This document shows, in pieces, positions 56,414-64,000 of a DNA stretch of 64,000 bases. The notes beneath the pieces are model-generated. The model had not been told where the DNA came from and did no database searches. It saw only the letters and a list, made by a program, of their open reading frames with translations. The position numbers and the translations under genes were made by a program. This DNA comes from an uncultured Actinomycetes bacterium (lineage in GTDB: Bacteria; Actinomycetota; UBA4738; HRBIN12), in the NCBI GenBank assembly GCA_963700855.1, contig CAVOYV010000001.1, positions 703,619-767,618 of the forward strand, written 5' to 3'. Numbering within the stretch: the first letter of the stretch is position 1; each line of letters opens with the position of its first letter.

Positions 56414-59069
56414 GTGAGTGCGGACCGACCCCGGCGCCTCTTCCTGCTCGACGGACACAGCCTCGCCTACCGCGCGTTCTTCGCGCTGCCGTCCACGCTC
56501 GCGACATCGAGCGGCACCGTGACGAACGCGGTCTACGGGTTCACCTCGATGCTGATCAAGCTGATGACCGAGGAGAAGCCCGACCTGATCGGGGTCGCCT
56601 TCGACACCGGGCGCCCCACGATCCGGCTCGAGATGGACGCCGAGTACAAGGCGGGCCGGGCCGAGACCCCCGCGGACTTCCGCCCGCAGCTCGGGCTGAT
56701 CGAAGAGGTCCTCGGCGCGCTGCGGATCCCGATCATCCGCGTCGAGGGGCACGAGGCCGACGACGCGCTCGGGACCCTTGCTCTGCAGGCCTCCGAACGA
56801 GGGATCGACGCGGTGATCGTTACCGCCGACCGGGACTTCTTCCAGCTGGTCCGCGACCGGGACGACGAGCGCGGCGCCGTCCGGATCCTGTTCAACCGGC
56901 GAGGGATCTCCGAGATCGATCTGATGGACGAGGCCGCGGTCGAGGCGCGCTACGCGATCACACCTGCCCAGTACCTGGACTTCGTGGCGCTGAAGGGCGA
57001 CACCTCGGACAACATCCCCGGCGTCCCGGGGGTGGGGGACAAGACCGCGGCGAAGCTCATCCAGGAGTTCGGGACCGTCGAGGAGCTCGTGGCCGGCGTC
57101 GACCGGCTGAAGGGCAAGCAGAAGGAGAACGTGATCGCCGCCGCGGACCGCCTGGCGCTCAACAAGCAGCTCGCTCGCATCGTGACCGACTGCCAGCTCG
57201 ACCTGGGTCCCGAGGACTGCGTGATGGGGGAGTGGGACCACGACCAGCTGCGGAGCCTCTTCACGTCGCTCGAGTTCCGGTCGCTCCTGGACAGGCTCGA
57301 GGAGGCGGGGGGAGGCAAGCCGAAGGTCGAGGTGGCCCAGCTCGACCTCCGCGAGGTGACCTCGGAGGATCTGGCGTCCCTGCTCGCGAGCGGCGGCATG
57401 GCGGTGCGCCTGCGCATCGACCAGGACGCGGTCACCGGCGGTGCGGTGTCGGCCGGAGGCGCTCAGGCCGCGTACGCGTCGCTCCAGGGGCTCGCCGAGC
57501 TGGCGCCCCCGCTCGCCGACGCGGCCGTGACCAAGCAGACCCACGACGTGAAGGCGCTCGAGCGAGCGGTCCTGCGCGAGGGCGGGGAGGTGCGCGGCGT
57601 GACGTTCGACACGATGCTCGCCGGTTACCTGCTCGACCCCGCGTCGGCCAGCTACCCGCTGCGCGGCATGTGCGAGCGCTACCTGGGCACGGACGTCCTC
57701 GGTGAGGTCGAGGACCGGGCCGAGGGACAGCTCTTCGCCGAGGACCCGTGGCGCACGACCGCCGCGGAGGCCGCCGCGGTGGCGTTGCTGGCCCCGATCC
57801 TCGAAGAGCAGATCGACCGCCAGGGACTCCGCCCGCTCCTCGACGACGTCGAGCTTCCCCTGGCGTCCGTGCTCGCCCGGATGGAGGCGCGCGGGGTCCG
57901 TCTCGACGTCGACTACCTCTCGGAGATGGGCGAGACCGTCCGCGACCGGATGGCGACCCTCAAGGCCGAGGTCTACGGGCACGCCGGCCGCGAGTTCAAC
58001 CTGAACTCCCCGCCGCAGCTCCGCGAGATCCTCTACGGCGAGCTCGGGCTCCAGCCGGGCAAGAAGACCCCGAAGGGGGAGCTGTCGACGGATGCGAGCG
58101 TCCTCGAGAAGCTGCGGGATGCCCATCCGATCGTCGACGGTCTCCTGTCGTGGCGCGAGCTCGACAAGCTGAACTCGACGTACCTCGAGGCGTTGCCGAA
58201 GCTCGTCGACACGAGGGACGGCCGGATCCACACGACGTTCAACCAGGCGGTCGCTGCGACCGGGCGGCTCAGCTCCTCCGACCCCAACCTGCAGAACATC
58301 CCGGTGCGATCGGAGCTCGGCCGCCAGATCCGCGAGGCGTTCGTTCCCGGCGACGATGGGCAGGTGCTGCTCGTCGCCGACTACTCGCAGATCGAGCTGC
58401 GGATCCTCGCCCACCTCTCGGGCGACGAGGGCCTGCGAGAGGCGTTCGCCACTGGCGCCGACATCCACGCCGCCACCGCGGCGAAGGTCTTCGGTCTCCC
58501 GATCGAGCACGTCGACGGCGAGCTGCGCCGCCGCGCGAAGGCGGTCAACTACGGGCTCGCGTACGGGATGAACGCGTGGGGCCTCGCCACGCGCCTCGAC
58601 ATCACCCCTGACGAAGCGCAGGAGATCATGGACGGGTACTTCGACGGGTTCCCGATCATCAAGGAGTACCTGCGCGCCCAGGTGGAGCGCGCCCGGCGCG
58701 ACGGGTACACCGAGACGATCCTCGGCCGTCGTCGGTACATCCCCGAGCTGACGAGCTGGGAACCGCCGGCTGCAGGCGCTCGGCGAACGACAGGCGCTCA
58801 ACGCGCCGATCCAGGGCAGCGCGAGCGACGTCTTCAAGGTCGCGATGATCGACGTGGACAGGGCGCTGCGCGACAGGGACGACCTCGGGTGCGTGATGCT
58901 CCTGACGGTCCACGACGAGCTCGTGTTCGAGGTGGCCGTCGATCGGGTGGAGGAGGCGGCCGCGGTCGTGCGAGACCGCATGGAGCACGCCGTCGCGCTG
59001 GAGGTCCCGCTGATGGCCGATATCGGCTGGGGTCCGAACTGGGCCGAGGCCGCGCCGGAAGGCCACTGA
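56414..59069 (+). pseudogene. polA: DNA polymerase I, with the reading frame interrupted once in this sequence
   Basis: The 5'-nuclease N-terminus LLDGHSLAYRAFFAL, motif A LLVADYSQIELRILAH and motif B RRAKAVNYGLAYGM lie in the frame of 56414. After ...RRRYIPELTS (about 58757-58760, tggg) the conserved NRRLQALGERQALNAPIQGSASDVFKVAMIDV...LLTVHDELVFE...GWGPNWAEA continues in the +1 frame to the stop at 59069. Confidence 0.9.
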
Positions 59070-59082
59070 GCGCGACGTCGCG

Positions 59083-59112
59083 TTGACGGGGTTTCCACGG
59101 GACACCTACCAT
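59083..59112 (+). promoter_or_regulatory. Candidate rpsA promoter
   Basis: TTGACG (59083-59088), 18 nt, then TACCAT (59107-59112), about 95 nt before the rpsA ATG. Confidence 0.4.
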
Positions 59113-59206
59113 CTCCGGAGCCCGCAGTGGTTCGCGTGCTGCGTCGGGGCAAATCTCAACACGGCCTCGGCGCGCGACCCTGCGCGGCGGAAGGAGACGG
59201 ACGGAC

Positions 59207-60913
59207 ATGAGTGACGAGACGACGATCGCCCCCGAGGCGATCGAGTCGACCGAGGAGCAGGCTGTCGAGGTGACCGACGAGGTCGCCGGATCCGAGACAC
59301 CGACGGAGGCCATGGAGGCCCCCGCTCCCGAGGTCGGAACCAAGGACGCGCCTGCAGCCGAGGACGCCGCCCCCGAGGCGCCGACCGAGGCCGCGGCTCC
59401 GGCGGTGCCCGCCGAGCCCGAGCGCGACCTGACCCCCGAAGAGCTGATCGAGGCCCTCGAGGCCTCACTCCGCGACTTCAACGACGGCGACATCGTCGAC
59501 GGCGAGGTCGTCAAGATCGACCGGGACGAGGTCCTGCTGGACATCGGCTACAAGTCCGAGGGCGTGATCCCGTCGAAGGAGCTGTCGATCCGCCACGACG
59601 TCGACCCCAACGAGGTCGTCAAGGTCGGGGATCGGATCGAGGCCCTCGTGCTCCAGAAGGAGGACAAGGAGGGCCGGCTGATCCTGTCGAAGAAGCGCGC
59701 GCAGTACGAGCGCGCCTGGGGCAGGATCGAAGAGGTCATGACGTCGGGTCAGACGATCAAGGGCCCGGTGATCGAGGTCGTGAAGGGCGGGTTGATCCTC
59801 GACATCGGCCTGCGCGGGTTCCTGCCCGCCTCGCTGGTGGACCTCCGCCGCGTCCGCGATCTGCAGCCGTTCGTCGGCACCGAGCTCGAGTGCAAGATCA
59901 TCGAGCTCGACCGCAACCGCAACAACGTCGTCCTGTCGCGCCGCGCGTTCCTCGAGGAGTCGCAGTCCGAGGGGCGCAAGAAGTTCCTGGAGAACCTCCA
60001 GAAGGGCGAGCGCCGCAAGGGCACGGTCAGCTCGATCGTGAACTTCGGGGCCTTCGTGGATCTCGGCGGCGTCGACGGCCTCGTGCACGTGTCGGAGCTG
60101 TCGTGGAAGCACGTCGATCACCCCGGCGAGGTCGTCGCGGTCGGCCAGGAGGTCGATGTCGAGGTCCTCGACGTCGACCTCGAGCGCGAGCGCGTGTCGC
60201 TGTCGCTCAAGGCCACCCAGGAAGATCCCTGGAAGGAGTTCGAGCGCACGTCCACGGCCGGCTCGATCATCGCCGGTCAGGTCACGAAGCTCGTGCCGTT
60301 CGGCGCGTTCGTCCGCGTCGCGCAGGGGATCGAGGGATTGGTTCACATCTCGGAGATCGGCCACGAGCACGTGGACTCGCCCGAGTCCGTGCTGACCGTG
60401 GGACAAGAGGTCCAGGTCAAGGTGATCGACGTCGATGTGTCGCGCCGTCGCGTCTCGCTGTCCATGCGACAGGTCACCGCGGCGCCCCCGCGTCAGCGCG
60501 AGATCGTGGCGGAAGAGGAGCGGCCGACCGGATCCGGGGCGCCCGACATGTCGATGAAGATCGAGGTGCCGCAGGAGATCCTGGACGCCGTAGCCGCCGC
60601 GGAGGCGACGCGCCAAGCGGCCGCCGCGGCCGCGCCGCCGGCCCCTGCGCCGGTCGAGGCGCCCGAGACCCCGGTTGCGCCTCCCGAGGCGGCCATCGAG
60701 GCCGTCGCGGAGACGCCGGCCGAACCTGAGGCGCCCGAGACTCCGGCCGAGACTCCGCGCGCCGAGACCCCGGTCGAGACCCCAGCGCCCGAGGCGCAGG
60801 TCGAGCCTGCGCCGACCGCTGAGCCCGAGGCCGAGCCGGAGGCGACCGACGAGGAGGTCTCGCTCGAGGCGATCCTCCAGGATCTCAAGCGCCGCGAAGG
60901 CCGCAACGACTGA
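59207..60913 (+). CDS. rpsA: 30S ribosomal protein S1 with long acidic N-terminal and Pro/Glu/Ala-rich C-terminal extensions
   Basis: Four S1 domains (GDIVDGEVVKIDRDEVLLDIGYKSEGVIP, GPVIEVVKGGLILDIG, GTVSSIVNFGAFVDLGGVDGLVHVSE, GQVTKLVPFGAFVRV). GGAAGGAG lies upstream of the start. Confidence 0.9.
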   Translation: MSDETTIAPEAIESTEEQAVEVTDEVAGSETPTEAMEAPAPEVGTKDAPAAEDAAPEAPTEAAAPAVPAEPERDLTPEELIEALEASLRDFNDGDIVDGEVVKIDRDEVLLDIGYKSEGVIPSKELSIRHDVDPNEVVKVGDRIEALVLQKEDKEGRLILSKKRAQYERAWGRIEEVMTSGQTIKGPVIEVVKGGLILDIGLRGFLPASLVDLRRVRDLQPFVGTELECKIIELDRNRNNVVLSRRAFLEESQSEGRKKFLENLQKGERRKGTVSSIVNFGAFVDLGGVDGLVHVSELSWKHVDHPGEVVAVGQEVDVEVLDVDLERERVSLSLKATQEDPWKEFERTSTAGSIIAGQVTKLVPFGAFVRVAQGIEGLVHISEIGHEHVDSPESVLTVGQEVQVKVIDVDVSRRRVSLSMRQVTAAPPRQREIVAEEERPTGSGAPDMSMKIEVPQEILDAVAAAEATRQAAAAAAPPAPAPVEAPETPVAPPEAAIEAVAETPAEPEAPETPAETPRAETPVETPAPEAQVEPAPTAEPEAEPEATDEEVSLEAILQDLKRREGRND

Positions 60914-60919
60914 CGACGC

Positions 60920-61576
60920 GTGTCCACCGGGGCTCCGGCGGAGCCTCGGTCCGCGTCGGGGGTGGACGCCGTGCTGCTCGTCGGGTTGACCGGAGGGATC
61001 GGATCGGGCAAGTCGACGGTGACCCGCTTGCTCGAGGAGCGCGGTGCGGTCGTCCTCGATGCCGACGCGTTCGCGCGGGACGCTGTCCGCGCCGGCTCCG
61101 AGGGGTTCCGCCGGGTCGTGGAGCGGTTCGGCGGTGACGTCATCGGACCCGACGGCGAGCTGGACCGTCCGAAGCTCGCCTCGATCGTGTTCGGTGACCC
61201 CGAGTCCCTCGGCGACCTCGAGGCGATCGTTCACCCCGAGGTGCGACGGGCGATCGCCGACGGGATCCAGACCCACCTCGACACCGACGATGTCGTCGTG
61301 CTGGTGAACCCGCTCCTGATCGAGATGGGGACGCATCGCGACTGCGATCTCGTCGTGGTCGTCGCGGCCTCGCCCCGAACCCAGATCGAGCGGAGCGTCG
61401 CGCGAGGCATGGGCGAGGCCGACGTGCGCGCCCGGATCGCTGCGCAGCTCCCGCTCGAAGAGCGGGCGCGACACGCCGACATCCTGATCGACAACGAGGG
61501 GAGCGTCGACGAACTGGCCGCGCAGGTCGGCCGGCTCTGGGATCGGCTCGAGGCCGGATCCCACGGGACGGCCTGA
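60920..61576 (+). CDS. coaE: Dephospho-CoA kinase
   Basis: GLTGGIGSGKST and VVLDADAFAR. Confidence 0.9.
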   Translation: MSTGAPAEPRSASGVDAVLLVGLTGGIGSGKSTVTRLLEERGAVVLDADAFARDAVRAGSEGFRRVVERFGGDVIGPDGELDRPKLASIVFGDPESLGDLEAIVHPEVRRAIADGIQTHLDTDDVVVLVNPLLIEMGTHRDCDLVVVVAASPRTQIERSVARGMGEADVRARIAAQLPLEERARHADILIDNEGSVDELAAQVGRLWDRLEAGSHGTA

Positions 61577-61597
61577 GCCCCCCGGTATCCTTCCCGC

Positions 61598-62299
61598 GTG
61601 CGGTTCCGCTCGATCCTCTTCGACGCCGGGGAGACCCTGGTCCATCCGTTTCCGTCCTTCCCCGAGCTGTTCGTTCAGGTCCTCGCCGCCGAGGGCCACC
61701 AGCGAACCGGCGACGAGGTCCTCGACGCCTCCGGAGCGGTGTTCCATCGGTTCAGCGAGGCGGCCCGAGACGGCGACCTGTGGACGACGAGCCCGGAGCG
61801 TTCCGCGGCCTTCTGGCGTGGCGTCTACGAGCAGATGCTCGAGAGCCTGGGTCTGCCGGGTCGAGATGGTCTCCGTGACGCCCTGTACGAGACCTTCACC
61901 GACCTGCGCAACTACGCGCTGTTCGACGACGTCGATCCGACCCTCGACACGCTGGTGCCCACGGGGGCGGTCCTCGGCGTGGTGTCGAACTTCGAAGCGT
62001 GGCTCGAGGATCTGCTCGGTCGGCTCGGGGTTCGGGACCGCTTGCCGGTCCGTGTGATCTCCGGCGCGGTCGGCGTCGAGAAACCCGATCCGGCGATCTG
62101 GCGACTTGCCCTCGATCGTTCCGGGGTGGCGGCCGAGGACACGGCGTACGTCGGGGACAACCCTGAGTTCGACGTGTGGCCAGCGGCGGCACTGGGCATG
62201 ACACCGGTCCTGATCGACCGGCGCGCTCGGTTCCCCGGGCACGACGGCCTGAGGATCACCGACCTGCGCGAGCTCCCGGCCGTCCTGGAGGCGGGGTGA
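61598..62299 (+). CDS. HAD-superfamily hydrolase (subfamily IA-like)
   Basis: ILFDAGETL, VVSNF and YVGDNPEFDV. Confidence 0.8.
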   Translation: MRFRSILFDAGETLVHPFPSFPELFVQVLAAEGHQRTGDEVLDASGAVFHRFSEAARDGDLWTTSPERSAAFWRGVYEQMLESLGLPGRDGLRDALYETFTDLRNYALFDDVDPTLDTLVPTGAVLGVVSNFEAWLEDLLGRLGVRDRLPVRVISGAVGVEKPDPAIWRLALDRSGVAAEDTAYVGDNPEFDVWPAAALGMTPVLIDRRARFPGHDGLRITDLRELPAVLEAG

Positions 62300-62667
62300 G
62301 CGACGAGCGATTGTTCACGATCGACGAGGCGAACGCCGAGCTCGACGCGCTGCGGGCGATCCTGCCTCAGATCCGCGAGGCACGCCACGGTCTGATCGCC
62401 GCGAGCGACCGCATCGACGACGGCGTGTCGGCTGACGGGGGCGCGATCGCGGGCTCGGACCGGTTCGCCTATCAGCAGGCGCTGAAGGCGGGGGTCGAAG
62501 AGCTCGCGTCGCGAGGCATCATCCTGCGCGACCCCGAGACCGGGCTCGTCGAGTTCCCCGCGGACCGCGACGGGGAACGGATCTACCTCTGCTGGCGACT
62601 CGGAGAGGACGCCGTGTCCCACTTCCACCGCGAGCGTGGTGGGTCCTCGCGGAGGGAACCCCTGTGA
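62296..62667 (+). CDS. DUF2203-family protein
   Basis: FTIDEANAELDALRAIL ... GIILRDPETGLVEFPA ... IYLCWRLGE. GTGA overlap with the HAD gene. Confidence 0.6.
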   Translation: MSDERLFTIDEANAELDALRAILPQIREARHGLIAASDRIDDGVSADGGAIAGSDRFAYQQALKAGVEELASRGIILRDPETGLVEFPADRDGERIYLCWRLGEDAVSHFHRERGGSSRREPL

Positions 62668-63647
62668 CCGAGCGGCCGGTCGTGGTGATCCTCGGCGCGG
62701 CTCCCGACGACCCCCCTCCCGGCATCGAGGCCGCCGTGGCGTTCGCGGACCTCCGGCTGGCGCCCGGACCTGCGGAGCTCGCGGAGGCGTTGCCCGGGGC
62801 ATCGGCCCTGTTCTTCTGGCGGGCCGAGCGCGAGTGGCTCGTGGAGACCTGGTCGCGCGCGAGCGACCTGCGCTGGATCCAGACCGCGAGCGATGGGGTC
62901 GACGGGCTGCTGTTCCCCGAGCTGGTCGCCAGCGACGTCGAGGTCACGAACGGACGAGGGGTCTTCGACGAGCCGATCGCGGAGTGGGTGATCGCGGCGA
63001 TCGGCGCGTTCGCGACCGGTCTCGCGGTGTCGGTGCGCGACACGGTCGCCCGGCGCTGGGACGACGAGAGACGGCGGGTCCGGGTCGCCGGGTCCCGGCT
63101 CCTGGTCGTCGGTCCCGGGCCGATCGGGCGAGCCACCGCGCGTCGGGCCGCGGCGCTGGGGATGGAGGTGGATGCCGTCGGGCGTCACGCGCGGGACGAC
63201 GGCCTGTTCGGGCGGATCCTCGGACCGGAGGACCTGCACGGTGCGCTCGGTCGCGCGGACCACGTCCTGGATGCCCTCCCGATGGCCCCGGGGACGCAGG
63301 CCTACTTCGACGACGCTGCCTTCTCCGCGATGCGCACGAGCGCCAGGTTCTACAACGTGGGTCGTGGTGGCACGGTCGATCAGGCCGCCCTGATCGACGC
63401 CCTTCGGGACGGGAGGATCGCCGGCGCCGCGCTCGACGTGTTCGAGGAGGAGCCCCTCGCGGCCGACTCCCCGTTGTGGCGGATGCCGAACGTGATCGTG
63501 TCGCCGCACATCTGCGGCGACTTCGACGGATGGGAACGGGTGATCGTCGACCTGTTCGTCGAGAACCTGGGGCGATTCGTGCGGGGAGAGCCGCTCGTCA
63601 ACCCCGTGGACCCCGTGGCCGGGTTCGGGGTGGAGCCGGGATCGTGA
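62664..63647 (+). CDS. D-isomer-specific 2-hydroxyacid dehydrogenase family protein
   Basis: VVGPGPIGRATARR, NVGRGGTVD, LDVFEEEPL and SPHICG. Confidence 0.85.
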   Translation: MTERPVVVILGAAPDDPPPGIEAAVAFADLRLAPGPAELAEALPGASALFFWRAEREWLVETWSRASDLRWIQTASDGVDGLLFPELVASDVEVTNGRGVFDEPIAEWVIAAIGAFATGLAVSVRDTVARRWDDERRRVRVAGSRLLVVGPGPIGRATARRAAALGMEVDAVGRHARDDGLFGRILGPEDLHGALGRADHVLDALPMAPGTQAYFDDAAFSAMRTSARFYNVGRGGTVDQAALIDALRDGRIAGAALDVFEEEPLAADSPLWRMPNVIVSPHICGDFDGWERVIVDLFVENLGRFVRGEPLVNPVDPVAGFGVEPGS

Positions 63648-64000
63648 CCGAGGCCGTGATCGAGGTCACCGGCCTCCGCAAGACCTACGGAGACCTCGAG
63701 GCGGTGAAGGGGATCGACCTGCGGGTCGACCGTGGAGAGGTCTTCGCGCTCCTCGGGCCGAACGGCGCCGGCAAGACGACCGTGGTGGAGATCTGCGAGG
63801 GGTACCGCGAGCGCACGGGTGGCGAGGTGCGGATCTTCGGGCGCGATCCGGGCCATCCCGACCCGACGGTTCGGGCGCGGCTCGGGATCGTGCTCCAGTC
63901 CACCGGGGTCGACCCCTTCCTCACGGCGCGCGAGACCGTGGAGCTCTACGCCGGCTACTACCCGCGCCCCCGCCCGGCCGACGAGGTGCTCGAGCTGGTG
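63644..64000 (+). CDS. ABC transporter ATP-binding protein, 5' part (continues beyond the window)
   Basis: GTG 63644 overlaps the preceding stop. VTEAVIEVTGLRKTYGDLEAVKGIDLRVDRGEVFALLGPNGAGKTT. The frame is open to the end of the window. Confidence 0.8.
   Translation, partial: MTEAVIEVTGLRKTYGDLEAVKGIDLRVDRGEVFALLGPNGAGKTTVVEICEGYRERTGGEVRIFGRDPGHPDPTVRARLGIVLQSTGVDPFLTARETVELYAGYYPRPRPADEVLELV

Noticed and set aside
59071-59082. The perfect 12-nt palindrome CGCGACGTCGCG abutting the rpsA -35 hexamer.
   Set aside because: GC-only palindromes of this length are expected dozens of times per 64 kb at this base composition. There is no supporting evidence.
60600-60850. Repetitive ETP/PEA-coding DNA in the rpsA tail, considered as a tandem repeat or CRISPR-like array.
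   Set aside because: It is a degenerate codon-level repeat inside an open reading frame. There are no constant-length direct repeats with unique spacers.
59465-62242. A 925-aa ORF on the minus strand spanning rpsA, coaE and the HAD gene.
   Set aside because: It is antisense to three recognisable conserved genes. Its translation is an Arg/Gly/Pro/Asp-rich low-complexity string. Long antisense ORFs are expected at this GC content because stop codons are rare.

Overview
This is a very GC-rich chromosomal core segment (roughly 70 percent GC by eye, not computed) with actinobacterial gene content and synteny. No mobile elements, CRISPR arrays, rRNA genes, defence islands or clearly foreign DNA were seen. 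I found no convincing undescribed multi-gene system, because almost every base is explained by recognisable housekeeping genes.

Gene order:
- dnaE2 (3' part), an MFS transporter and dinB.
- DUF3040 and a MerR regulator.
- On the minus strand, a transglutaminase, DUF58 and MoxR ATPase triad, followed by an HNH protein.
- A complete dcw cluster: mraZ, a 40-codon membrane sORF, rsmH, ftsL, ftsI, murE, murF, mraY, murD, ftsW, murG, murC, murB, ftsQ, ftsZ.
- yggS, sepF, yggT and divIVA.
- ileS on the minus strand with a T-box leader.
- DUF167, a TraR/DksA protein, lspA, rluD and dnaE1.
- A Lon-N domain gene on the minus strand.
- A HisA-like gene, trpC, trpB and trpA.
- A livKHMGF-type ABC operon fused to an ornithine-cyclodeaminase-family gene and an FAD oxidoreductase.
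- tRNA-Leu(CAA) on the minus strand.
- Two solute-binding protein genes plus a polar amino-acid ABC permease and ATPase.
- DUF554 and an FTR1 iron permease on the minus strand.
- polA, rpsA, coaE, a HAD hydrolase, DUF2203, a 2-hydroxyacid dehydrogenase and the start of an ABC ATPase.

Observations most worth a second look:
1. Seven or eight single-base frame disruptions hit dnaE1 (two), trpB (two), polA (one) and two binding-protein genes. Consensus errors are the most likely cause, but this must be checked.
2. The HisA/PriA-like barrel at the head of the trp genes appears to lack the conserved second catalytic Asp.
3. A tightly coupled 40-aa transmembrane sORF lies between mraZ and rsmH.
4. 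A CGAAC-N4-GTTCG (SOS/Cheo-box-like) palindrome sits just upstream of a GTGG-repeat (MraZ-box-like) promoter.
5. The ileS T-box has a helix that sequesters the Shine-Dalgarno (SD) sequence.
6. A promoter-like element plus hairpins in a 328-bp convergent spacer may mark a small RNA.

All start codons are my own choices made from overlaps, SD sequences and family N-termini, and they carry the usual uncertainty.
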